Shown here piece by piece: positions 26,535 to 34,570 of a stretch of 48,097 bases of DNA. Source of the DNA: Planctomycetota bacterium (GTDB taxonomy: Bacteria; Planctomycetota; Phycisphaerae; SM23-33); contig JAXIHJ010000013.1 of the NCBI GenBank assembly GCA_034189755.1, forward strand, positions 1 to 48,097, read 5' to 3'. Every line of letters begins with the position of its first letter. The stretch's first letter is position 1. The position numbers and the translations under genes are program-made. Under the pieces are notes generated by a model. It searched no databases. It had not been told where the DNA came from and saw only the letters and a program-made list of their open reading frames with translations.

Positions 26535-27011
26535 TTAGTATGGTTCGTTGCGCAGTACGTCATCCAGCCGCGTCATCATCCGCTGAATCTGTCGCAGCAG
26601 CGTCTCCAGCTCCACCGGCTTGGCAAGGACGCTGAAGGCCGTCAGGCGAAGTGCGCCCTCAAGCCAGCGGCGGTCGGTCCGGCTGGCGACGACCACTACC
26701 GGCAGCAAGGCGTCAAGCCGACGAATCATCCGCAACAGATGCAGCACGTCCAGTCGCCAGTCGGCGCTTTCATCAATCACCGCGGCGTCGGCCAGGCCCG
26801 CCTCGACAAGCTCCAACAACTCCTGGTCACCGTGCACCAGATAAGTCGTCAGCCACTGCGAGCCGACGATCTGCTCCAGCGCCGCCTGCCAGACCTCGGC
26901 CTCGCCGCTGACCACCAGGCCGAATGGGCCTCTACACTCATGTAGCGTCGTAACCATCATGCCATAACCATTTTGCACCGCCCCTGGGCAGTTGCGATCC
27001 GCCACGAGCAT
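26535..27011 (-). CDS. Stand-alone receiver (REC)-like domain protein, atypical acidic pocket
   Basis: 158-aa ORF with a CheY-like pattern: LVVSGEAEV (beta1, SG where DD is expected), AAVIDESADW (beta3 Asp), VVVVASRTD (beta4 Ser/Thr) and SVLAKPVELETL (beta5 Lys-Pro). The start could instead be the Met at 26963. Confidence 0.5.
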   Translation of the reverse strand: MLVADRNCPGAVQNGYGMMVTTLHECRGPFGLVVSGEAEVWQAALEQIVGSQWLTTYLVHGDQELLELVEAGLADAAVIDESADWRLDVLHLLRMIRRLDALLPVVVVASRTDRRWLEGALRLTAFSVLAKPVELETLLRQIQRMMTRLDDVLRNEPY

Positions 27012-27474
27012 ATACTTTAACCGTTCAAAGGCAGTGCAACCCTAGTGCCAGGATTAGTATCGCTTTATCGCACAATTGGTTACGAAGATGTAGCCGCCAG
27101 GCCAAAGCACAACGCTCTGCCGGATATGGCTACCTGATCCGAGCCGACTGCTGTATTGGCAGATGTACAAGAGGCAAATCTTAAGCGAAAAATCCAGCAT
27201 CCAAACAATTCCGGATTCCAACGGTGATAGAGCAGCCGAAACAGTAACAGATAAACGGGCTTGTTGTCCGAAAACCCGCCTGCCCGCCTGGCGGCAGCTA
27301 GGTAGGCAGGTCAAAAATGTTAGAATGCCTCTTGACCGCGACGGGGTATAAAGGTTAGCCTACTTCGCTTTACACGGCGGGCGGGTAGAGTGTATCTTCA
27401 CCGCCACGCAACGCCGTGGTTAACAAAACGTTTTAAAGTTAAAGGTTTGCACAGGCAACCTCAGGCCCGGATGC

Positions 27475-27495
27475 CCCGCCATGGGCGGGTTTTTT
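27475..27495 (+). terminator. Intrinsic terminator-like hairpin upstream of rpsB
   Basis: CCCGCC ATG GGCGGG followed by TTTTTT (27490-27495). No annotated plus-strand gene lies upstream of it. It sits 55 nt before the rpsB start. Confidence 0.5.
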
Positions 27496-27511
27496 GATAT
27501 CTTTTGATATC
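27492..27511 (+). repeat. Perfect tandem 10-mer x2 (TTTTGATATC TTTTGATATC)
   Basis: Read directly. It immediately follows and overlaps the T-tract of the hairpin at 27475-27495. Each unit contains the palindrome GATATC and a TTGATA hexamer. Confidence 0.8.
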
Positions 27512-27550
27512 CTGTACACCAATCCGGGACACGCACGTGGAGGTGCATAT

Positions 27551-28411
27551 TTGGCTGCAGAGTTAGTGAAACAGTTGATCGACGCGGGAATCCACTTCGG
27601 ACATCGCGCAAGCCGCTGGAATCCGAAGATGAAGCCTTACATCTTCAGCAAGCGGAACCTGATTCATGTCATCGACCTTAAAGAAACGCTCAAGGGTGTT
27701 CTTCTGGCCAAGAGGTTTCTCACGCAACTCGTCGCCCGTGGCCAGGACGTCCTGCTGGTGGGTACGAAGCGTCAGGCCCGCAAGGCGACCCGTGAAAACG
27801 CCTCTCGCGTCAAGATGCACTGGGTCAATGACCGCTGGCTGGGCGGGACGCTTACAAACTTTCGCGAGATTCGCAAGCGCATCGGCCGACTGGAAGAGCT
27901 GGAAGCACTTGATGCCAAAGGACTGCTCGATCAATATTCCAAGAAGGAAGGCGCTTCGCTTCGACGCCAGATGCGGAAGATTCAGAGGAACCTGGGCGGC
28001 CTCCGCAATATGACCAAACTGCCCGGGGCAATAGTGGTAGTCGACCAGCACCGGGAAATTATCGCCGTCCGCGAGGCCAACAAGCTTAACATCCCCGTCA
28101 TCTGCCTGCTGGACACCGACTGCGACCCGGACCTGGTGGATATTCCCATACCGGGCAACGACGATGCGATGCGCGTGATCGAACTGATTATGAAGGAGCT
28201 GTGCGACGCCATCCATGAAGGTTTAGGCGCCCGCAAGGATCAGGTCTCCAAGCCAGACGACCAGCCGCCCCGCCGCAGGAGCCGGCGACGCACCACGGCC
28301 TGCGCGACCGACAAGCAGGCTGAATCCGACCAGCCGGATGAAGCCCCGTCGCAGCCGGCGCCGCCTGAACCGACGCCGGAAAAACCAGCGGCCGAACCCG
28401 AACAAGTCTAG
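27551..28411 (+). CDS. rpsB: 30S ribosomal protein S2
   Basis: Conserved S2 N-terminus ...ELVKQLIDAGIHFGHRASRWNPKMKPYIF... The probable start is TTG at 27551, 7 nt after GGAGG (27539-27543). The ORF-track start at 27494 lies in the terminator T-tract. There is a Pro/Glu/Arg-rich C-terminal extension. Confidence 0.9.
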   Translation: MAAELVKQLIDAGIHFGHRASRWNPKMKPYIFSKRNLIHVIDLKETLKGVLLAKRFLTQLVARGQDVLLVGTKRQARKATRENASRVKMHWVNDRWLGGTLTNFREIRKRIGRLEELEALDAKGLLDQYSKKEGASLRRQMRKIQRNLGGLRNMTKLPGAIVVVDQHREIIAVREANKLNIPVICLLDTDCDPDLVDIPIPGNDDAMRVIELIMKELCDAIHEGLGARKDQVSKPDDQPPRRRSRRRTTACATDKQAESDQPDEAPSQPAPPEPTPEKPAAEPEQV

Positions 28412-28495
28412 TGTACAAAACTTCGTGAATTCGTTAACTCGTCACGGGTTCACGCGTTCACGGTTTTCCGTTTCAGTATTAAATCAGGAGTCAAC

Positions 28496-29290
28496 ATGGC
28501 TGAAATTACAGCAGCAATAGTCAAGGCCCTTCGTCAAGAGACGCAGCAGGGCATGATGGAGTGCAAAAAGGCACTGACCGAGGCTAACGGCGACCTGGCC
28601 GTCGCCCGCGACATCCTTCGCAAGAAGGGCCTGGCCACGGCTGAGAAAAAAGCGGCCCGCGCCACCGGCGAGGGGCTGATCGCCATAAAGTCGGCCGACG
28701 ATCGCACCTCAGCCGCCATGGTCGAGGTCTGCTGCGAGACCGATTTCTGCGCCCGCAACGAAGTATTCAGGGAAATGGTCGCATCGCTGGCGGAGATGGC
28801 CGCCGAAACAAACGACGGGCCGGTCGAGCCGACCGACGCCATGAAGGAAACACTCCAGGCTGCCCTGACCAAGATCGGCGAGAACATGAACTACGCCCAC
28901 GGCGTCAAGATTTCCGCCGCCAGGGTCGGCACGTACGTGCACCACAACGGCAAAGTCGGCGTCCTCGTCGGCGTGGACGGCGAGACCTGCGACGAAACGC
29001 TGAGTGATTTGTGCATGCACATCGCATTCGCCGACCCGGTCGGCATAACGCCGCAGGATATTCCGGCCGACCTGGTCGAAAAGGAAAAAAAGTTCGCCAC
29101 TCAGCAGGCGATCGATTCCGGCAAGCCGGCCGACATAGCCGAAAAAATCGTCGCCGGCAAGATGCAGAAGTTCCTGGCGGCCAACGCACTGCTGGAGCAG
29201 CCCTTCGTCCGTGACGACAAGAAGAAGGTCAAGGACATTCTTGGCGGCGCGACGGTAACAGCCTTCGCACGCTTCGCCGTCGGGACCTAG
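28496..29290 (+). CDS. tsf: Elongation factor Ts
   Basis: 264-aa ORF MAEITAAIVKALRQETQQGMMECKKALTEANGDLAVARDILRKKG (UBA-like N-terminus of EF-Ts), downstream of rpsB. AGGAG RBS. Confidence 0.95.
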   Translation: MAEITAAIVKALRQETQQGMMECKKALTEANGDLAVARDILRKKGLATAEKKAARATGEGLIAIKSADDRTSAAMVEVCCETDFCARNEVFREMVASLAEMAAETNDGPVEPTDAMKETLQAALTKIGENMNYAHGVKISAARVGTYVHHNGKVGVLVGVDGETCDETLSDLCMHIAFADPVGITPQDIPADLVEKEKKFATQQAIDSGKPADIAEKIVAGKMQKFLAANALLEQPFVRDDKKKVKDILGGATVTAFARFAVGT

Positions 29291-29303
29291 TGGATCAAAG
29301 ACG

Positions 29304-30026
29304 ATGAAGAAAAAGCTCCGATATCATCGCGTACTGGTGAAGCTTTCCGGCGAGAGTTTATGCTCACCCGGCGGACATGGTATCGAAGCGGCGCCCGTGG
29401 CGCAGATGGTCAAAGACTTCTTGGCCGTGGCGGAAACCGGCGTACAGTTGGCCGTGGTCGTCGGCGGGGGCAATATCATCCGCGGACAACAACTCGCCGA
29501 GAAGCTGCCCATCGATCGTGCGACGGCCGACGGCATGGGCATGTTGGGAACGGTGATTAACGCACTGGCGCTGGCCGACGCAATGGCAGGCGGCGGACTT
29601 TCCGTCCGGACAATGAGCGCAATCGCCATGGGCGACGTTTGCGAGCCTTTCGCTCGCCGCCGGGCTGCGAGGCATCTGGAAAAGGGCCGGGTGGTCATAC
29701 TCGCCGGCGGTACGGGCAACCCGTTTTTCACCACCGACACATGCGCCGCCCTGCGGGCCTGCCAGATCGGAGCCGACGCGCTGTTCAAGGCCACCAAGGT
29801 CAACGGCGTGTTCGACGCCGACCCCGTTACCAACAAAAATGCCAAACGATACAGCCGCCTGAGCTACCAGAAGGTGCTGGACGACAAGCTCGGCGTGATG
29901 GACTTGACAGCCGTATTGATGTGCATGCAGAATCAAATTCCTATTGTGGTTTTCAAAATGTCCGAGCCGGGCAACTTCGCGGCGGTGATACGCGGAGACG
30001 ACATAGGAACAACCATAACCCGATAG
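29304..30026 (+). CDS. pyrH: UMP kinase
   Basis: 240-aa ORF ...YHRVLVKLSGESL...VVVGGGNIIRG...DGMGMLGTVINALAL...ILAGGTGNPFFTTDT, typical of PyrH. Confidence 0.95.
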   Translation: MKKKLRYHRVLVKLSGESLCSPGGHGIEAAPVAQMVKDFLAVAETGVQLAVVVGGGNIIRGQQLAEKLPIDRATADGMGMLGTVINALALADAMAGGGLSVRTMSAIAMGDVCEPFARRRAARHLEKGRVVILAGGTGNPFFTTDTCAALRACQIGADALFKATKVNGVFDADPVTNKNAKRYSRLSYQKVLDDKLGVMDLTAVLMCMQNQIPIVVFKMSEPGNFAAVIRGDDIGTTITR

Positions 30027-30043
30027 AGGCCGGAGATTCCGCC

Positions 30044-30604
30044 ATGGCAATGGACGATATCCTGCTAGACGTCGAGGAGAAGATGGAAGCCGCGATTGGC
30101 TACCTCAAGAATGAGTTTCGCGGCATCAGGACCGGGCGGGCGTCGGTTGGCCTGGTGGACCACCTCAAGGTTGACTACTACGGCTCGCCGACCGACCTGC
30201 GGCAACTGGCGACCATCTCCACGCCGGAGGCGACGCTTATCCTGATTAAGCCGTTCGACCCCGCCAGCCTGAAGGAAATCGAGCGCGCCATTCAGGCCAG
30301 CAGCCTGGGCATCACCCCGAATTCCGACGGCAAGGTTATCCGCCTTTCCGTGCCGTCGCTCTCAACCGAGAGGCGCCACCAGATTACGACGCAACTGAAG
30401 AAGATGGCCGAAGCCGAACGCATTGTCATCCGAAACGCACGAAGGGACGGAAACAAACACATCGACAAGGAGCAAAAGGCCTCGGAACTGACCGAAGACC
30501 AGTCGCATACGGGCAAAGAAAAAATCCAGAAACTAACCAAGCAATACGAAAAAAAAGTCAGCGAAATCCTTGATGCCAAGATTAAGGAAATTGAAGCGAT
30601 TTAG
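30044..30604 (+). CDS. frr: Ribosome recycling factor
   Basis: ATG at 30044 gives [56 protein letters not shown]-like sequence, 186 aa. Canonical tsf-pyrH-frr order. Confidence 0.95.
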   Translation: [186 protein letters not shown]

Positions 30605-30652
30605 TGAATGGGAGAATCAGTTGTTCGTCGATTCGCTTATAATCTGTCGGCC

Positions 30653-30726
30653 GGGGGAGTAGCTCAGTTTGGTAGAGCAACGGCCTTTTAAGCCGTAGGT
30701 CCTGGGTTCGAGCCCCAGCTCCCTCA
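30653..30726 (+). tRNA. tRNA-Lys (anticodon TTT)
   Basis: GGGGGAGTAGCTCAGTTTGGTAGAGCAACGGCCTTTTAAGCCGTAGGTCCTGGGTTCGAGCCCCAGCTCCCTCA folds as a cloverleaf by hand. The acceptor is GGGGGAG/CTCCCTC with one G-T pair, the anticodon loop is CTTTTAA and the T-loop is TTCGAGC. A TATAAT hexamer lies at 30638-30643, just upstream. Confidence 0.9.
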
Positions 30727-30855
30727 TTCGAGAGAGGTTAGAGGCGAGGCTTCGCGATGTCGTGTCGTTTGTGGTTACTCTAACCTCTCACCTCTAACCT
30801 GTAAGAGAAGAATCTCTAACGGGTCGATACAACATTATTATAATTGAGCAGGGTT

Positions 30856-30928
30856 GGCCCCATCGTCTAGTGGCCTAGGACACCGGGTTTTCATCCCGGC
30901 AACCGGGGTTCGAGTCCCCGTGGGGTCA
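30856..30928 (+). tRNA. tRNA-Glu (anticodon TTC)
   Basis: GGCCCCATCGTCTAGTGGCCTAGGACACCGGGTTTTCATCCCGGCAACCGGGGTTCGAGTCCCCGTGGGGTCA. The anticodon stem is CCGGG/CCCGG with loop TTTTCAT, and the T-arm is CGGGG TTCGAGT CCCCG. Confidence 0.9.
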
Positions 30929-30930
30929 TT

Positions 30931-30967
30931 AAAAAAGCCATGCGTTCATCGCGTGGCTTTTTTATTT
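30931..30967 (+). terminator. Rho-independent terminator after tRNA-Glu
   Basis: AAAAAAGCCATGCG TTCAT CGCGTGGCTTTTTTATTT. The stem is 8-9 bp with one G-T pair and a 5-nt loop. An A-tract lies upstream and a T-tract downstream, so it could work in both directions. Confidence 0.75.
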
Positions 30968-31064
30968 CAGACTCTGCTCTGCGTAGCGAAGCGGATGCTT
31001 CACTACGCTTCGCAGAGCAAAGTTGCGGATTTTAACAGCCTCTGCCGATACAATCGTTCATGCA

Positions 31065-33236
31065 ATGGAAGACTCCGGTGGTCTTAATTCGCCTTTGCCC
31101 CGACGGTTCAGCGGAATCCATCGCATTTTAATATTTTTAACATTATGCGCGGTTCTGCTGGCCTGCGGTTTTGCGACACTGCTGGGCGTCCGCAGGCTTC
31201 TCAGCCCGGACCTGGGCTACCACTTGGCCTACGGTGAGCATTTTCTCGACACCGGCCAAATCGTCGATTCCAGCCGGAACGTTTACACGGTCGCCGCTTT
31301 GCGTAACGCGGGCCGGCAGCTCAAGCCCGGCCCGGGCTGCTGGTACGATTCCTCCGGGCGATACCGCTTCCCCAACGCCAACTGGCTCAGCCAGGTAGCG
31401 ATGGCGGCTGTTCATCGCCTGGGCGGAGCGAACGGCCTTTGCCTGCTTCAGGCGATTCTAGCGGCCGGTATCGCGGCGGCTGCGCTGGCGACGATGCTGC
31501 GGATGGGAACGGGACCTGTCCTCGCCGCCGGCGGCGTGCTGCTGATAGCACTGACCGCATATGAGCGGTTCAGCCTTCGACCGGAACTGTTCGGATACCT
31601 CCTGCTCGCGGCGGAACTATACGTGTTAGTCCAGTGGGGTGCGCCCCGGGGTATAAACAGCAGCCCACGGAAAGCTTCCCGTGGACTTTGGGTGCGGGAG
31701 GTTTTGCGCGTGGTGTCGCTTGTGCTTCTTCAACTATTACTGGTGAACCTGCACAGTTATTTTCTATTGGGTCTGGCGATGACGGGTGCGTTCCTGGCCG
31801 ACGGGTTGCTGCGGATGGGCTGGCATCAACTCAGGGGCGAACGGCAACTGTCGGCCGAGCCACGTCGCCGCTCGGCGTTTCTGGCGGCTGTGCTGGCGGG
31901 CCAGGCGGCGGTATGCTTCGTGAACCCATGGACGTGGCGGCTGGCGGCGATGCCGATCCAGACGCTATGGTTCATTCACCACAACAACATCGCCGGCGGC
32001 AGCGTGTCGCCCGGCGGGCATCCGTGGTCGCACATCGGCGAGTTCTTCCGCCCGTTCGGGGCTGAAAGCTTCTGGCAGATGAAGGCCACCTGCGGCTACA
32101 TCGTTCTCCTGTCGCTGGCGGGGCTGGGCGGCCTGGCCGCGGCTATTAAACGACGATGGGCTTGCCTGTTCCTTATCGCCGGCTTCACGGTCATCTCGCT
32201 GTCAATGAGGCGAAACATCGCCCCGGCCGCCGTAATAATCGCGCCGCTCGCACTGGGCGCATTGTGCCTGCTGCTAAAAAAGATCACCCTATACCTCGGC
32301 GAGCGAAAGACACTTGCCGTCTCAGGGGCTTTTTCACTTCTGGCGGTGCTGGCGAGCGTGTATCTGGGCTTCACCGTCATTACGCAGCGGTTCTACTTCA
32401 ATGACCGCTCGCCGGTGCGGTTCGGCCTGGGAGGCTCGGAGCTTAACCTGCCGCTCCGTGCCGCCAAGTGGCTGAACAATCACAAACCGGCCGGCAGGTT
32501 ATGGACAGGTTATACAGGCTCTTCAAACCTGCACTATTTCACGCAGCCGCACCGCAGCGTACCCATACTGACCAATACGTGGGCCTATCCGCCGGCGGTC
32601 ATGCAGGAGTTGCTGGAGGTCAACGCCGGCGGCCGGCCGTTCGACGAGGCGGCGGAAAAGTACGGCCTGCAAATCGTCTGTCTCCGCGTGGACCGCTCCA
32701 GCACTCTGCTGGCCCGCCGGCTTGTCGACTCGCCGGCCTGGGCACTGGTGCACCTCGACGCGATGCACGCCGTATTCGTCCGCAATGCAGGGGCGAACGC
32801 CGAACTGGCCGAGAAGCATAAGCTGACGGCGGCGGATTTTGACACGGCCGGCTACAAGCAGAACATCCTGCGGCTCGACCCGGTGCCGGCATACGCATAT
32901 CACGTCGGCGGCGTAACGCTCCTGCGGCTGGGGTGGAACGATGCGGCGGCGGACCTTTTCCGCGCCGCCGTCGAGGCCGACGCGGACTACCACGAGGCAT
33001 GGAACAATCTGGGAACGTGCCTGGCCAGTCGCGGCGCACAGCGAATATCGAAGATGGACATACAGGCCGGGCGAACCGATTGGCGCGAAGCGCGCAATTG
33101 TTTCCGCCGCGCAGTGGACATAAAGCCGAACTATCGGCCGGCAAAAGAAAATCTTGATCTCGTGCAGCAACAACTGGCGGCGTTGGCACGCGGCGTGATT
33201 CTCCTGCCGAGAGCGCCGAAAGTACCGAAAGAATAG
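31065..33236 (+). CDS. Polytopic membrane protein with C-terminal TPR repeats (possible PMT/ArnT-like glycosyltransferase)
   Basis: Long ORF. The ATG at 31065 (MEDSGGLNSPLPRRFSGIHRILIFLTLCAVLLACGF) is preferred over the TTG at 31023. Many hydrophobic segments span about 450 aa. The C-terminal TPR-like part reads LGWNDAAADLFRAAVEADADYHEAWNNLGTCLASRG...ARNCFRRAVDIKPNY. The function is guessed from architecture only. Confidence 0.6.
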   Translation: MEDSGGLNSPLPRRFSGIHRILIFLTLCAVLLACGFATLLGVRRLLSPDLGYHLAYGEHFLDTGQIVDSSRNVYTVAALRNAGRQLKPGPGCWYDSSGRYRFPNANWLSQVAMAAVHRLGGANGLCLLQAILAAGIAAAALATMLRMGTGPVLAAGGVLLIALTAYERFSLRPELFGYLLLAAELYVLVQWGAPRGINSSPRKASRGLWVREVLRVVSLVLLQLLLVNLHSYFLLGLAMTGAFLADGLLRMGWHQLRGERQLSAEPRRRSAFLAAVLAGQAAVCFVNPWTWRLAAMPIQTLWFIHHNNIAGGSVSPGGHPWSHIGEFFRPFGAESFWQMKATCGYIVLLSLAGLGGLAAAIKRRWACLFLIAGFTVISLSMRRNIAPAAVIIAPLALGALCLLLKKITLYLGERKTLAVSGAFSLLAVLASVYLGFTVITQRFYFNDRSPVRFGLGGSELNLPLRAAKWLNNHKPAGRLWTGYTGSSNLHYFTQPHRSVPILTNTWAYPPAVMQELLEVNAGGRPFDEAAEKYGLQIVCLRVDRSSTLLARRLVDSPAWALVHLDAMHAVFVRNAGANAELAEKHKLTAADFDTAGYKQNILRLDPVPAYAYHVGGVTLLRLGWNDAAADLFRAAVEADADYHEAWNNLGTCLASRGAQRISKMDIQAGRTDWREARNCFRRAVDIKPNYRPAKENLDLVQQQLAALARGVILLPRAPKVPKE

Positions 33237-33309
33237 TTTTTATCCGTGCAATCCGCTAATCTGTGTAATCCGGCTCGTTTTTCGACACAAACCAGAAGGG
33301 CTTGAGAAG

Positions 33310-34524
33310 ATGGAAGACACTTACGGTAATCTGATTGCTTCGCTGGCGGTTGCGAACGAGAAGCGAATTGTGCTGCTGGTGATGGATGGCGTGGGCGACT
33401 GCGACAACGCCGGCCGAGGCACTGCGCTGCAACTGGCCAAGACGCCCAACTTCGACAAACTGGCCCGCCAAAGCGCGCTGGGCCTGATCATGCCGGTCGC
33501 GGTGGGCGTTACGCCCGGCAGCGGGCCGGGGCATCTGGGACTGTTCGGCTACGACCCGCTTGTCTACAAAGTAGGCCGCGGCGTGCTGAGCGCGCTTGGC
33601 ATCGAGTTCCCGCTGACCGGCCGCGACATGGCGGCGAGGCTGAACTTCTGCACCATCGACGCCGACGGCAACGTTGCCGACCGCCGGGCCGGGCGAATAT
33701 CCGATGATGAAAACCGCCGCGTCCTGGCAAAAATCAAGGCCGGCCTGACCCCGCCCGCCGGCATCGAGGTCCTGCTGGAGACCGTCGCCGAGCACCGCGC
33801 GCTGATGGTGCTGCGAGGCGACGGGCTGGACGACGATATCGGCGATACCGACCCGCAGGCCGTCGGCACGCCGCCGCTGCCGCCGACACGACCGCCGCAC
33901 GAAAATTCCACCACCGCAAAGACCGTCGCCAAAATTATCGAGCAGGTCGGACGGATTCTCGCCGACGAGCCGAAGGCGAACATGATACTCGCCCGCGGCT
34001 TCGCCAAACTGCCCGACTGGCCGACGTTCGCCGAGCGGTATAAGCTGCGCCCGGCGGCCGTGGCGGGCTATCCGATGTACCGCGGCGTAGCGAGGCTGGT
34101 CGGCATCGACGTGGCGGCCAGGCCGACCACCGCGAAGGATATTTGCGCCGAGGCCGCTAAGGTGATGGCGGACCATACGTTCGTCTTCGCGCATTTCAAG
34201 TACACCGACAAGACCGGCGAGGACGGCGACCTGGATGGGAAAATCGCAAGAACCGAGGAGATGGACGCCGCCCTGCCGTCGCTGCTGGCCGCCGAGCCGG
34301 ACGTGCTGCTGGTTACGGGCGACCACTCCACGCCGCCGAGTCTGAAGGCGCATTCCTGGCATCCCGTGCCGGTATTGATGAAGGCTCCGCACCTCCGCGG
34401 CGGCGACGGCGGACGCTTCGAGGAAGTCGCCTGCCGAGCCGGGCAGATAGGAACAATCCCCGCCAGGCAGCTCCTGCCGCTGGCGATGGCACACGCCGGC
34501 AAACTCGAAAAATACGGGGCGTAG
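33310..34524 (+). CDS. apgM: 2,3-bisphosphoglycerate-independent phosphoglycerate mutase, archaeal (ApgM) type
   Basis: 404-aa ORF ...RIVLLVMDGVGD...LAKTPNFDKLA...GSGPGHLGLFGYDP...FAHFKYTDKTGEDGD...LLVTGDHSTP, the metalloenzyme-superfamily motifs of ApgM-type iPGM. Confidence 0.85.
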   Translation: MEDTYGNLIASLAVANEKRIVLLVMDGVGDCDNAGRGTALQLAKTPNFDKLARQSALGLIMPVAVGVTPGSGPGHLGLFGYDPLVYKVGRGVLSALGIEFPLTGRDMAARLNFCTIDADGNVADRRAGRISDDENRRVLAKIKAGLTPPAGIEVLLETVAEHRALMVLRGDGLDDDIGDTDPQAVGTPPLPPTRPPHENSTTAKTVAKIIEQVGRILADEPKANMILARGFAKLPDWPTFAERYKLRPAAVAGYPMYRGVARLVGIDVAARPTTAKDICAEAAKVMADHTFVFAHFKYTDKTGEDGDLDGKIARTEEMDAALPSLLAAEPDVLLVTGDHSTPPSLKAHSWHPVPVLMKAPHLRGGDGGRFEEVACRAGQIGTIPARQLLPLAMAHAGKLEKYGA

Positions 34525-34566
34525 TAGTCCACGCCTGCCTACCTGCCGCTAGGCAGGCGTGGACTA
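34525..34566. repeat. Conserved GC hairpin element, copy 2 (fills the gap between convergent apgM and pfp)
   Basis: TAGTCCACGCCTGCC (34525-34539), 12-nt loop TACCTGCCGCTA, GGCAGGCGTGGACTA (34552-34566). The 15-bp stem is perfect. The core CACGCCTGCCTACCTGCCG..AGGCAGG.GTG is shared with 26431-26461. Confidence 0.75.
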
Positions 34567-34570
34567 TTCG

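Noticed and set aside
27054-27314. 86-aa minus-strand ORF in the non-coding region upstream of rpsB.
   Set aside because: It lies in a lower-GC segment without the codon bias of neighbouring genes. It is Cys/Ser/Leu-rich, with no RBS and no recognisable domain, and it overlaps a degenerate hairpin repeat. I treat it as non-coding.
27332-27352. TTGACC and TATAAA hexamers as a promoter for the putative sRNA or leader upstream of rpsB.
   Set aside because: The spacer is only 9 nt. The alternative -35 (TTAGAA) is 21 nt away. Neither spacing fits a sigma70 promoter, so I make no promoter call.
30653-30928. tRNA-Lys/tRNA-Glu as an integration site for a genomic island.
   Set aside because: No integrase, direct repeat of the tRNA 3' end, or compositional shift follows the tRNAs. 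The downstream genes (TPR membrane protein, apgM) look like ordinary chromosomal genes.
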